Part shown: piece by piece, positions 26,738 through 36,357 of the stretch
Numbering within the stretch: the first letter of the stretch is position 1
How the letters are laid out: every line of letters starts with the position of its first letter
NCBI GenBank assembly: GCA_964505975.1
Contig: CAZDLW010000001.1
Coordinates: 25,576-89,575, forward strand
Length of the DNA: 64,000 bases
Direction: 5' to 3'
Source: an uncultured Bifidobacteriaceae bacterium
Lineage (GTDB): Bacteria; Acidobacteriota; Vicinamibacteria; Vicinamibacterales; UBA2999
Made by a program: the position numbers and the translations under genes
Notes under the pieces: generated by a model
What the model saw: the letters and a program-made list of their open reading frames with translations, nothing else
What the model was told of the DNA's origin: nothing
Databases searched by the model: none

Positions 26738-26993
26738 AGCGAGGCTCCGCCTACACCGGACCTCACTCGAGTTGCGACGGGGCGGGCTCCCGACGACGTC
26801 GCGCGGTAAAACGCATCCTCCACCCGCGGCCGGCGACCCGAGCTGGGTCCCGCAACCCAGCTCGGTCTTCACGTTCCGGATGCGTTTCGCCCCACTGCTG
26901 TCGCGCGAGTCGTAGGTCGCCGTCCCGTCGCAACTCAACTGAGCTCCGTGATTGGGACCCGCGGGCATGTCGGCGGCGGCTCCCTCTCGCTGG
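26738..26993 (+). repeat. Family-3 hairpin repeat interrupted by a Family-1 element (composite)
   Basis: The left half CAGCGAGGCTCCGCCT (26738-) and right half GGGACCCGCGGGCATGTCGGCGGCGGCTCCCTCTCGCTGG (-26993) match the two halves of the 24529-24592 repeat. They are separated by the Family-1 copy. Confidence 0.7.
26757..26948 (+). repeat. Family-1 element, copy C
   Basis: Arms CGGACCTCACTCGAGTTGCGACGG / CCGTCGCAACTCAACTGAGCTCCG. The core is nearly identical to copy A, and the apex GACCCGAGCTGGGT-cccgca-ACCCAGCTCGGTC is retained. Confidence 0.85.
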
Positions 26994-27015
26994 ATGGGCA
27001 CTGCCGATGGATTCG

Positions 27016-27537
27016 TCATCGGTCCGGATCCTGCGCTTCCCAGTAGACCAGGGCAAGGGCCCCGGCGACGGTGAGCAGCATCAACCGGGTCGAGAGCGCG
27101 TGCAGTTCGTCGAACCGAATGCGCCGCGCGTCGTCCTCGGGGAGGCGCGATGGCAGCAGGCCGACCTCGCGTTGAATGCCCTCGATGTCGTTCATCACGA
27201 CGAGACCCGAGTACATCGAGACGGCGAGCATGCCCGCCACGACGGACATGCGCACGGCCAGGTTGCGCGGCCGGGGTCCCAGCACGGCCATCGCCGCCAA
27301 TGTCGTCAGGAGCAGTCCGCCGGCTCCGTAGGCCACATAGTGAAACCGCGCCAGCAGCGTGCGGAACAGTTCTCCCGCCAGCTCGCGTCCCATCTCCCGG
27401 CTGCCTGTCTGGAGCACCTCGAAGGTGGTGGGCGCGACCAGCGCGCCGAGGACGACCATGCCGCCCAGCCAGATGGCCAGCGCAAGCACATACACGTACC
27501 TCAGCCCGAGCATCAGGTCATTATAATGACCAGCCAT
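27016..27537 (-). CDS. Small polytopic membrane protein (DUF4149-like)
   Basis: ATG 27537 within ORF 27016..27711 gives MAGHYNDLMLGLRYVYVLALAIWLGGMVVLG and four hydrophobic segments. The family name is from memory. Confidence 0.55.
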   Translation of the reverse strand: MAGHYNDLMLGLRYVYVLALAIWLGGMVVLGALVAPTTFEVLQTGSREMGRELAGELFRTLLARFHYVAYGAGGLLLTTLAAMAVLGPRPRNLAVRMSVVAGMLAVSMYSGLVVMNDIEGIQREVGLLPSRLPEDDARRIRFDELHALSTRLMLLTVAGALALVYWEAQDPDR

Positions 27538-27728
27538 ACGCTCCGCCCTCGACAACCCGATGGATTCCCGTGGCTGATGATGCGGGACCCGTGGCTGCAC
27601 CGGGTCCTCCAGACGAGTTCCCGCGCGCTGTGGACCGTTCGTCGACACGAATCCCGTCGGAAGCCGACGCGGCTCAACCCGGAGGTTTCCTCGTGCCCGC
27701 CTATACGTCATCGCGAGTACCAGCGCTC

Positions 27729-29567
27729 ATGAACATCGCCACGCGCCTGCGCATCGAGTCGGTCCGTTCGACGAGTGAAGCAGGCAGCGGTCATCCCAGT
27801 ACCTGCTGTTCAGCCGCGGAGATCCTCGCCGCGCTGTTCTTCGCGGAGATGCGTTACAACCCGGCCGACGCGTCCAATCCCGACAACGACCGGTTCGTGC
27901 TGTCCAAGGGGCATGCGGCGCCCATCCTCTACGCCGCATGGGCCGAAGCAGGCATCGTGCGCCGCGAGGACCTGTTGACCCTGCGCCGCATCGATTCGGA
28001 CCTGGAAGGCCATCCCACGCCACGCCTGCCGTGGGTGGATGTCGCCACGGGATCCCTCGGACAGGGGCTGTGCGCCGGCGTCGGTATTGCGCTGAACGCA
28101 CGACGAATCGACTCCGACTACCGGACCTATGTGCTGCTGGGCGATGGCGAGACGGCCGAGGGATCCGTGTGGGAAGCCGCGAACGTGGCCGCGTACTACT
28201 CGCTCGGCTCGCTGTGCGGGATTGCAGACGTGAACGGGCTCGGACAGAGCCGGCCCACGATGTGGCAGCACGACATGGAGGCTGTTGCCCGCCGGTGGCG
28301 AGCGTTTGGCTGGAACGCGATCGTCGTGGACGGCCACGACGTGACGGCAATTCTGGAAGCGTTCGACGAGGCGCGCCGGGTCACCGACATCCCGACGATG
28401 ATCCTGGCCAGGACCATCAAAGGAAAGGGCCTGGCCGCGCTTGAAGGCAAGGATGGCTGGCACGGCAAGCCCTTGAAGAAAGGGGAGGAGCTCGACGGGG
28501 CTCTGGCCGAGCTGGCAGCCCAGATCGTGCCGGAGGAGGAACCGGCCTCACCTCCCTCCGCGCCGCGGCGGGTCTCCAGCCGGCCGGCTGTTCAACGAAC
28601 GCCCTCGTCACCGTCGTACGAGACCGGCAGCAGCATCGCGACTCGTGAAGCCTACGGGTCGGCAGTCGCCCGATTGGGCACCGCCGATGATCGCGTCGTG
28701 GCGCTCGATGCCGACGTGAAGAACTCCACGTACAGCGAGAAGTTCGAAGCACTGCATCCTGAACGGTTCTATCAGACCTTCATCGCCGAGCAGGCCATGA
28801 TTGGAGCGGCGATGGGACTGGCGGCACGTGGCGCGATTCCATTTCCCTCCACGTTTGCGGCGTTCCTGACACGCGCATACGACTTCATCCGCATGGCCGC
28901 CATCAGCAACTCGAACATCAAGATGGCCGGATCGCATGCCGGCGTGTCGATCGGCGAAGACGGTCCCTCCCAGATGGCGCTCGAGGATCTGGCCATGATG
29001 CGTGCCCAGCCGAACATGGTCGTGCTGTATCCGTGCGACGCCGTGAGTACTGAGAGACTGGTCGAATGCGCAGCCGCCCATCGAGGGCCGGTGTACATCC
29101 GGACCTCGCGGCCGAAGACGCCGGTCGTCTATGGGCTCGAGGATGTCTTCGAGATCGGCGGCCTGAAAGTGCTGCGAGCGAGCGCAACAGATGCGGCGAC
29201 GGTCGTCGCCGCCGGTGTCACCGTATTCGAGGCGTTGAAGGCGCATGACGAACTGCAGAAGGAGGGCGTTGCCATTCGCGTGATCGACCTGTACAGCCTG
29301 CAGCCGATTGACGCACCCACGCTGGTGCGCTGCGCTCGTGAAACCGGCGGTCGTGTCCTGACCGTGGAAGATCACTATCCCGCCGGGGGGCTTGGCGATG
29401 CCGTCGCATCGGCCATCGCAGCGGAGGGATTCACCGTCCGCCGCCTGGCGGTTGGGGAGATACCACGCAGCGGAACGCCGGAGCAGCTCCTCGATCGCTA
29501 CGGCATTGCTGCCCGCCACATCGTGGCCCGCGTCAAGGCAGAGCTGCCCGCACGCCGCTCGTCCTGA
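27729..29567 (+). CDS. tkt: Transketolase (single-chain ~610-aa type)
   Basis: ATG 27729 within ORF 27150..29567. Motifs: SGHPSTCCSAAEILAALF, SKGHAAPILYA, and the LLGDGETAEGSVWEA thiamine-diphosphate motif. Confidence 0.85.
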   Translation: MNIATRLRIESVRSTSEAGSGHPSTCCSAAEILAALFFAEMRYNPADASNPDNDRFVLSKGHAAPILYAAWAEAGIVRREDLLTLRRIDSDLEGHPTPRLPWVDVATGSLGQGLCAGVGIALNARRIDSDYRTYVLLGDGETAEGSVWEAANVAAYYSLGSLCGIADVNGLGQSRPTMWQHDMEAVARRWRAFGWNAIVVDGHDVTAILEAFDEARRVTDIPTMILARTIKGKGLAALEGKDGWHGKPLKKGEELDGALAELAAQIVPEEEPASPPSAPRRVSSRPAVQRTPSSPSYETGSSIATREAYGSAVARLGTADDRVVALDADVKNSTYSEKFEALHPERFYQTFIAEQAMIGAAMGLAARGAIPFPSTFAAFLTRAYDFIRMAAISNSNIKMAGSHAGVSIGEDGPSQMALEDLAMMRAQPNMVVLYPCDAVSTERLVECAAAHRGPVYIRTSRPKTPVVYGLEDVFEIGGLKVLRASATDAATVVAAGVTVFEALKAHDELQKEGVAIRVIDLYSLQPIDAPTLVRCARETGGRVLTVEDHYPAGGLGDAVASAIAAEGFTVRRLAVGEIPRSGTPEQLLDRYGIAARHIVARVKAELPARRSS

Positions 29568-29825
29568 ACGGTGTATCGAACCGGCGAAACCCTCTGCGAT
29601 GGCGTCTGTATGGTCGAGTCTTACAACTCCCATCTCACCATCTGTTTACAGGTGATGCTCGGGCCGATAGAATGAACATCGCGTCGCTGTTGGGCGACGT
29701 ACTCCTCAACAATTGGGCCGTATTGCACTCGGTGGATTCCCGGGCTGCGGTCGGCTCCTCTTTGCCGATTCGATGTATTCCGGCGGCCCGGGCACGTCGA
29801 AGGGTACCGCGTAGGGGAAACAACC

Positions 29826-31682
29826 GTGCTCGGAGGTAAGCTGCCACGCAGTCGTCTCGCCTGGATGGGCGCCGGTGCGCTTCTCGTCGTGCTGGTCGTT
29901 GCCGTGTTCCTGGGGGTCCGACGCGGTACGCCGGGAACGGAGATGGTGGCGTTCTCGGAGTTGCTGGCTGACCTGGAGGCACACCAGGTGGCAGCGGTCA
30001 TCGTCGATGCCGATACGTTGAGATACGAACGGCTCGACGGGACCAGCCTCGAAACGGTGGCACCTCAGGGTTACGTGGCGGCCAATCCCACCTTCGTTGC
30101 CGGGATGGCCGAACGCGGTGTCCGACTCGAAGTGAATCGCGTCCGGTCGTCTCGCTCCGGCACCTATGGCACGCTTGCGGTGGCGTTGCTCTTCTTCGGC
30201 TGTGCGGGGCTCATCCTGTATCGTCTCGTCACCGGACGTGTTCCGACGCTCGAGAAGGCCCGCACGATCGACCCCCAGCAGGTCACCGTCACCTTTGCGG
30301 ACGTCGCCGGGGTGGACGAGGCCAAGGACGAGGTCGTCGAGATCGTCGAGTTTCTCAGGGAACCGGAGCGCTTTTCCTCCGTGGGCGGACGCATTCCTCG
30401 GGGGGTCCTGCTCGTGGGTCCGCCCGGGACCGGCAAGACACTGCTCGCGCGCTCGATGGCCGGAGAAGCCGGCGTCCCATTCATCTCGGCGAGCGGGTCC
30501 GACTTCGTCGAGATGTACGCCGGTGTGGGTGCATCGCGCGTCCGGAAGCTGTTCAAGGAAGCCCGCCGCCACAAGCGTTGCATCATCTTCATCGACGAGC
30601 TCGATGCCGTCGGCCGCAACCGTGGCGGCAACTCTCTGAGTCACGAGGAGCGCGAACAAACCCTCAATCAGTTGCTCGTGGAGATGGACGGGTTCTCGCA
30701 GTCCGACAGCATCATCGTGGTGGCGGCCACGAACAGAGCCGACATCCTGGATTCGGCACTACTGCGTCCCGGACGGTTCGATCGTCAGGTCACGGTGGGG
30801 AACCCGGATCTGAAGGGGCGCGAGCAGATCCTGCGGGTGCACGTACGCAAGGTGGCACTCGAGCCGGATGTGGATCTCCGGGCCATTGCACGGGGTACGC
30901 CCGGGTTCTCGGGCGCCGATCTGTCCAATCTCGTCAACGAAGCGGCGCTCATCGCGGCGCGCAAGGGGCGCAGCACCGTCGGCAACGCCGAACTGGACCG
31001 GGCGCGCGACAAGGTCCTCATGGGCGCCGAACGGAAGTCGGTGGCCATGAGCGAGGCAGAACGCGTCACGTGTGCCTATCACGAAGCCGGACACGCCGTG
31101 GTGGCTGCGTTGCTGCCCGATGCCGACCCGCTCCACAAGGTCACCATCATCCCACGCGGCCGTGCGCTCGGCGTGACGATGCAGCTGCCCGAAGCGGATC
31201 GGTACACACACTCGAAGGCGTTCATCGAGGCGCAGATTGCCATCCTGATGGGGGGGCGGGTCGCCGAGGAGCTGTTCTTACGCCAGATGACCAGCGGGGC
31301 GTCGAACGATATCGAGCGGGCTACCGATCTGGCGCGGAGGATGGTCTGCGAGCTCGGTATGTCACCGCTCGGCCCCGTGCATTTCCGCCGACCGACGGGC
31401 GCGTGGGAGAACGACGGTCGAACTGCCGGGTTCAGCGAGGACACGGCACGCAGGGTGGACGACGAGATTCGTGCGCTCGTCATGCGCGGGTACGAACGTG
31501 CCCGGCAGATCGTCGAGCAACAGCGGGCAGCCGTGAAGGCACTGGCCGGGGAACTGTTGGACGTGGAGTCGGTGGATGCGGATCGCCTCCGGCACATCCT
31601 GGCCGCACACGTCGTGCCGGCCGCCATCGTACGCGAGGCGGAGGCCGACGCTGCTGTCACGGACTCGGGCATGCTGGGGTAG
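29826..31682 (+). CDS. ftsH: ATP-dependent zinc metalloprotease FtsH
   Basis: GTG start after AGGGGAAAC. Walker [23 protein letters not shown] region, and zinc site HEAGHAVV. Confidence 0.95.
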   Translation: MLGGKLPRSRLAWMGAGALLVVLVVAVFLGVRRGTPGTEMVAFSELLADLEAHQVAAVIVDADTLRYERLDGTSLETVAPQGYVAANPTFVAGMAERGVRLEVNRVRSSRSGTYGTLAVALLFFGCAGLILYRLVTGRVPTLEKARTIDPQQVTVTFADVAGVDEAKDEVVEIVEFLREPERFSSVGGRIPRGVLLVGPPGTGKTLLARSMAGEAGVPFISASGSDFVEMYAGVGASRVRKLFKEARRHKRCIIFIDELDAVGRNRGGNSLSHEEREQTLNQLLVEMDGFSQSDSIIVVAATNRADILDSALLRPGRFDRQVTVGNPDLKGREQILRVHVRKVALEPDVDLRAIARGTPGFSGADLSNLVNEAALIAARKGRSTVGNAELDRARDKVLMGAERKSVAMSEAERVTCAYHEAGHAVVAALLPDADPLHKVTIIPRGRALGVTMQLPEADRYTHSKAFIEAQIAILMGGRVAEELFLRQMTSGASNDIERATDLARRMVCELGMSPLGPVHFRRPTGAWENDGRTAGFSEDTARRVDDEIRALVMRGYERARQIVEQQRAAVKALAGELLDVESVDADRLRHILAAHVVPAAIVREAEADAAVTDSGMLG

Positions 31683-31722
31683 CCAGGGGTAGCGTGTCTC
31701 TTGCCGCGTCGGGCGGCCGCGG

Positions 31723-32565
31723 TTAGCGCCTCACCGGCTTTCCGAACACTTCGATGCGGCCCACGTTCACGAACCCGCCCCAGCCGTGGCCGCTTCCTGG
31801 CATCAGAGTCGCGAAGCCCACTTCGTCGACCCGGCTGAGGTCCGGCTTCTCCACCCAGATCCCCCTGGTCACGACTCTTCCAATGTCCAGCGCGAGCCAG
31901 CGAACCGGCGCAATGGCGAACTCGGTCTCGAGAAAGACGGTGGAGTTCGACGAGGGCGCTCCCTCTGCGTAGTCGCCCACCAGCCAGGTACCATCGGCGA
32001 GCTTGATCACGGGGCGAACGACGTGGAAGCCGGAGACGCGCGTCACCCATCGAATCTTCGCGAGGCCGGTGAGGTCGACGTAGTTGCTCTTGTCTCTCAG
32101 GGTCACGGCAATCGGCGTCGAGCAGACACCGGTCCACAGATTGGGAGGGTCCGTTGGCTCACCTGCCGGGACGCGCTCCGGGCGCGGGTTCTGGTTGTAT
32201 CCCGACATCAGCACGCAGGTGGGTCCACGCCAGTCGTTTGGAATGGAGTTTGGCGGGGGGGTCTTGGCGAACTCCGGAATCCGGGAGGCTCCGGGGTCGT
32301 AGACCTGCAGCTCGAGGGTCGGATTGGTGACCGCGGCAGCGGTGACGGGATGCTGAGGACGAAAGCCGGAGGCGGCGTCGAAGGGCCCCGTCTGCCGCCA
32401 TCCTTCACGAAAGAACAACGGCACCGGCGGCGTCGGCGCTGGAAGCTGCACCTGGCTTGCCTGCGACAGCTCACCGTGAATGGTCGAGAGTGGCACAAGG
32501 GCCCCGCACGTCACGGCCACGGCGGCCCACATCTGCTTCGACGCATACGCAAAGCGTCCTGCCAT
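31723..32565 (-). CDS. Secreted hypothetical protein
   Basis: 280-aa ORF with signal-like N-terminus MWAAVAVTCGALVPLS. No recognised family. Confidence 0.5.
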   Translation of the reverse strand: MAGRFAYASKQMWAAVAVTCGALVPLSTIHGELSQASQVQLPAPTPPVPLFFREGWRQTGPFDAASGFRPQHPVTAAAVTNPTLELQVYDPGASRIPEFAKTPPPNSIPNDWRGPTCVLMSGYNQNPRPERVPAGEPTDPPNLWTGVCSTPIAVTLRDKSNYVDLTGLAKIRWVTRVSGFHVVRPVIKLADGTWLVGDYAEGAPSSNSTVFLETEFAIAPVRWLALDIGRVVTRGIWVEKPDLSRVDEVGFATLMPGSGHGWGGFVNVGRIEVFGKPVRR

Positions 32566-32636
32566 AGATTCCTCCCTGTCACGAACCAGCGGATTATACG
32601 CGGCCGTTCCCCGGGCGACGAGGAATCGCGAAGCCG

Positions 32637-32825
32637 GGTGCCGGCGGCCGGCATGCTGGGCTGGCTCCCGATGACCTCACGCGGAAAAACGCGCCCTCCG
32701 CTCGAGGGGCGACGACCCGCGCTGGTCCGTGACCAGCGCGGCTCTCACGCTGCGGGCGCGTTTTACCCGGTCCGGATCGCGCGAGTCGTAGGTCGCGGCG
32801 TCCAGCATGCCCGGCCGCCGGCACC
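32637..32825 (+). repeat. Family-1 element, copy D (divergent, compensatory variant)
   Basis: Outer helix 32638-32659 / 32802-32824 (~22 bp). The conserved blocks GGCTCCCGATGAC...CGCGGAAAAACGC and GCGTTTTACC...ATCGCGCGAGTCGTAGGTCGC are present. The apex is 32714-32727/32731-32744. Confidence 0.8.
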
Positions 32826-32892
32826 GGCGTCGCTGCACCAACACAAGTGAGCACCGTGGACAGTGCAGAGCGCGTCTCGAGGCGGAGCTTCC

Positions 32893-33975
32893 TCACGACG
32901 GTGCCCGGATGGTTTCGGCCGCGGGCGATTCCGGCCAGACCAGCTCTGGAGCAGCCGTATAGCGCGCGTGCGCGAGGCACGCCTGGAACAGGGCTGTCTG
33001 CGACGCGAGGAAGTGGAGCTTGAGCATCAGTCGTGCGAGCAGGTAGATCTGCCCTGTCGCCAGAGCGAACAAGAGCGACGGTCCGGCGCCGCCGGCACCG
33101 GGTGCACCAATGGCCCAGATCGCGATGACGACGAGAAACATTGCGCTGTTCAGTGCATAGAGTCCGGCCACCTGACCGGGGCGTCGCGCGACGAAGCGCA
33201 GCGCCGCTGCCAGCGCACCGATTATGCTGCGGCGGTCCTCTACGACCGTTCGAATCTTCGCGTAGTCGAACAGGACATTCACGGAGACGAGCACGACAGA
33301 GAAGATGGCGTAGAAGGCAAGCCGCCAGAGAAACGCGGTGCGCTCGACGCTGACGCTCCGCGTCACCGCGGCGAAGAGATCGTCGAACAACCAGGGATGG
33401 ACGTACGCAAACAGCCACCAGTACACGACGCCGGCTGCCAGAGCCAGTCGCAGGAAACGGACGACGTAGACGCCGCAGGCACCGAAAAACCCGTGTGCGC
33501 GCGTCGGTCGTTGCCGTGCGTACCGATCGAGGATCCCACCAACCAGAAACGTCCAACCGGCGAGATACAGCGCAACCACCGCGGCGACAGGGACAATCCG
33601 CGAGCGGCCGTCCATGACGCCGCTCATCGCGTCCAACGTGCTGGCAAAGCCGATGATCGTGGGCGAGAAAGTCGTTCCAATCCCGGTGGCCTGCGCGGTG
33701 AATTCCTGCCACCAGTCGTAGTTCACGGCATCGGCAGCTGCATGCGCCATGAGGCTCCCGCCAAGGTGCTCCTGCAGCAGGCTGCGCAGCGTCAACGCGA
33801 GCGGCAGCGCCAGGAGCAGCGTCATCGCCAGGACGCCCGCGATGATCGCCGGCGACGCCGCCACTCGTATCCAGCCGTCGCGCCACGCGGCATGGACGCC
33901 TCCAGATCGATGACCGATCCGTCGTGCTTCGTGATCGTGCCGCCAGCCGTGCGACCAGGAACGTCGAATCACCAC
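32893..33975 (-). CDS. Polytopic integral membrane protein, unknown function
   Basis: 360-aa ORF with ~8 hydrophobic segments. The overlapping + strand 1031-aa ORF is Arg-rich and is rejected. The start is uncertain. Confidence 0.5.
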   Translation of the reverse strand: MVIRRSWSHGWRHDHEARRIGHRSGGVHAAWRDGWIRVAASPAIIAGVLAMTLLLALPLALTLRSLLQEHLGGSLMAHAAADAVNYDWWQEFTAQATGIGTTFSPTIIGFASTLDAMSGVMDGRSRIVPVAAVVALYLAGWTFLVGGILDRYARQRPTRAHGFFGACGVYVVRFLRLALAAGVVYWWLFAYVHPWLFDDLFAAVTRSVSVERTAFLWRLAFYAIFSVVLVSVNVLFDYAKIRTVVEDRRSIIGALAAALRFVARRPGQVAGLYALNSAMFLVVIAIWAIGAPGAGGAGPSLLFALATGQIYLLARLMLKLHFLASQTALFQACLAHARYTAAPELVWPESPAAETIRAPS

Positions 33976-34023
33976 GAGGTCCCGGTTCCAACGGAGCGCG
34001 CAGCCACCAGCACCGTCATCCGC

Positions 34024-36024
34024 CTACAGGAAGAATCCGTACGTCAGCATCAACTCCTGCAGCCACATCATCCACGTGAGGCTCCACTTGAGGCTGGCCT
34101 CGCGGGCGCGAGGCTGGAGGGTCTGGCTGTTGTTCGTGTAGTTCACGTCGAGCAGCAGTACGCGCTCGGGATCGATCCGCACCGTCGATGCCGGCGTCGG
34201 TCGTTCGTACTCGTAGACGACGCGCCGATCCACGCCGTCCCAGCGCTCCCGCACCTCTGCGCCGTCGGCGAACGTCGTGACGACATCGACGGGGAAGACC
34301 GCGTCGCCGACGCGCTGCACGACCACGGTCGTGCGGTGATTCCCGTTGGCCATGCGCTCGGTTGCGAGCTCCTGCACGCCGTAGTCGAAGACACCCGATC
34401 CGCGATGCACCTGGTCGAAGAACCACGTCAGATCCTGTCCGCTCACTTCGTTGGCGATGTCGAAGAAGTCGTCCGGCTGGGGGTGTCTGAACTTCCAGCG
34501 GTCGAAGTACGTGGCCAGGATCTGCTGCATGACCGGCCAGCCGACATGACGCTCGAGTGTGTGCAGCCAGAGCGCCGTCTTGCTGTACGTGATTGCGGTG
34601 GCGGTCGTCGGCCAGTACTGCCAGGTCGGCGTTGCAGGCGTGTCGGCGCTCGGTGCTTCGCGATACCGCGCCAGGCCGTTGCCGTCCGTGGCACGTTGCA
34701 GGCGGATGTCGTGAAGGACCCAGGGAACGAACCCACCGAAATACCGCAGCGCCAGGCGGTTCGGGAGTGCGATCTCGTCGATCAGTCGCGCGCCCGCGTA
34801 CGCCGTCAGCCCCTCGTCCATCCACGCGTGTTCCACCTCGTTGGTGCCGACGATCCCGTGCCAGAACTGGTGTCCGACTTCGTGAATCGTGACGCTCTCC
34901 GGTACGCTGACGCGTCGCGGCGCCAGCCAGCGGGAACCGGCGGTCAAGAGCGTCGGATACTCCATCCCCTGGCTCCCGCTCTGATACGCCGGATCGACGA
35001 TGGTCAGGTGCCCATATGGATAGGGACCGAACCACTCGCCGAAGTGCTGCAGCGTGGCCGCCGCTGCGGAGAAGTGGCGGTCTGCCTGTCCACGGTGCTC
35101 GGGCTGGAGCATGAGACGCATCTCCACGCGCGGCAACGCCGGATGCTCGAACGGTCGGCGCAGGTCGATGAACCGCGGGCTCGCCGTCCACGCGAAGTCG
35201 GCGATGTCCTCCCCGCGATACCGATGGGTTACGGTGCCGTCGGCGTTGTCGGTGCGCCCCGTTTCGCGGCCGGACGCGGCAACGACAAAGGGGCGAGGGA
35301 GAGTGATGCGAACGTCGAACTCCGCGTAGTCGGCGTAGAACTCCGTGTGCGAGTGGAACTGGTGGGCCTTCCACCCTCCGTCCTCCAGCACCCCCATTCT
35401 CGGGAACCAATGTGCGATGAAGTAGTAGTCGCCAATCCATCCCACCCGGATGCGTGTGAACGGCGCGGGAATCCGTGCGGCCCACTCGATATCGAGCTCG
35501 ACCGTGTCGTGCGGTCTCACCACGAAGGGCAGCGGGACCGCCAGCACCGTCCGGTCCGCGTCGTTGCCATCGTCGGGTGCGATGTAGCGCGCACTCGGTG
35601 TCAGGTTCAACGGCGGTCCGTCCGGCGTACGCAGGCGAATCGCCGAGAGGTCGATGGCGCCGACGTGTTCCGGACGCGATGGCAACGTGCCTCCGGCGCG
35701 CCGGTGTCCGCGGAACCATGTCGAGTCGAGATCGCGCCAGGCGTTCCAGTACAGCTGCAACCGCACCTCATCCGTCTCGTAGGCGCTGATGTTCCTCCAG
35801 CGGATCGTCTGTCGTCCGTCCAGCCTCCGTTGCCCGTGGTCGAGACGGACGTCGATCTCGTAGCGGGCGTTGCGCGGCGACAGCCCCTCCGGCCCCGGAT
35901 GGTCGAAGCTCTGTACGGACGGCGGACGCCCCTGCTCGCCTCGTACACTGGTCCCTGACACGATGGCGAGCGCGCAGACGCACGCAATGGCTACGCACCA
36001 GCCAGCCACGGGGCCCCTCCCCAT
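34024..36024 (-). CDS. Secreted M1-family zinc aminopeptidase
   Basis: ATG 36024 within ORF 34024..36084 gives signal peptide MGRGPVAGWCVAIACVCALAIV. It has the HEVGHQFWHG...WMDEGL gluzincin motif. Confidence 0.8.
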   Translation of the reverse strand: MGRGPVAGWCVAIACVCALAIVSGTSVRGEQGRPPSVQSFDHPGPEGLSPRNARYEIDVRLDHGQRRLDGRQTIRWRNISAYETDEVRLQLYWNAWRDLDSTWFRGHRRAGGTLPSRPEHVGAIDLSAIRLRTPDGPPLNLTPSARYIAPDDGNDADRTVLAVPLPFVVRPHDTVELDIEWAARIPAPFTRIRVGWIGDYYFIAHWFPRMGVLEDGGWKAHQFHSHTEFYADYAEFDVRITLPRPFVVAASGRETGRTDNADGTVTHRYRGEDIADFAWTASPRFIDLRRPFEHPALPRVEMRLMLQPEHRGQADRHFSAAAATLQHFGEWFGPYPYGHLTIVDPAYQSGSQGMEYPTLLTAGSRWLAPRRVSVPESVTIHEVGHQFWHGIVGTNEVEHAWMDEGLTAYAGARLIDEIALPNRLALRYFGGFVPWVLHDIRLQRATDGNGLARYREAPSADTPATPTWQYWPTTATAITYSKTALWLHTLERHVGWPVMQQILATYFDRWKFRHPQPDDFFDIANEVSGQDLTWFFDQVHRGSGVFDYGVQELATERMANGNHRTTVVVQRVGDAVFPVDVVTTFADGAEVRERWDGVDRRVVYEYERPTPASTVRIDPERVLLLDVNYTNNSQTLQPRAREASLKWSLTWMMWLQELMLTYGFFL

Positions 36025-36210
36025 GCTATCCCCGCCGATCCCCGCGGCTGGTTGCCAGTATCTCCTCCCCCCACCGCGACGCACGCGTGCGCCGTGGGGA
36101 CCCCGGCTTGCCGCGCTTCGCGCGGCTAGGACCGGCTGGGACCGCTATGCCGCCGGAAGTCACGACACACAACGAGAACGAAATTCGCGTTCCTGGCCGC
36201 ATAGCGGTCC
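36002..36210 (+). repeat. Family-2 conserved intergenic element, copy B
   Basis: Same order of blocks as copy A: hairpin 36002-36013/36040-36051, CGGCTGGTTGCCAGTATCTC (36045-36064), GCTAGGACCG, and helix 36139-36149/36200-36210 around ACAACGAGAACGAAATTCGCGTTCC. It carries extra inserted hairpins (e.g. GCCGCGC-ttc-GCGCGGC). Confidence 0.7.
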
Positions 36211-36357
36211 GAAGCTGCACACTGTACTCCGCGGAGATGGTACACCCTCAGCACAGGCATGGCCCGCTCGTGGATGCCGAGGCCTCTGTCCCTCGTCGTC
36301 GAGACCGTGATGCCCCCATATAATGCGCGAGCGTGATCGGCCGGCCGGAGTGAAACG

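Noticed and set aside
27150-27728. Long N-terminal extensions of track ORFs (transketolase 27150, kinase 3954, M20 20780, hydrolase 37292, DUF1592 9112, ankyrin 13373)
   Set aside because: Homology or signal peptides begin at internal ATGs with better RBS context. The extensions overlap upstream genes or repeats and are low-complexity.
32863-35958. 1031-aa + strand ORF, the longest in this region
   Set aside because: It runs antisense to the M1 peptidase (HEVGHQFWHG...WMDEGL) and the polytopic membrane protein, both of which have clear protein-like sequence. Its own translation is Arg/Gly/Pro-rich low complexity with no motifs. This is a typical high-GC antisense artefact.
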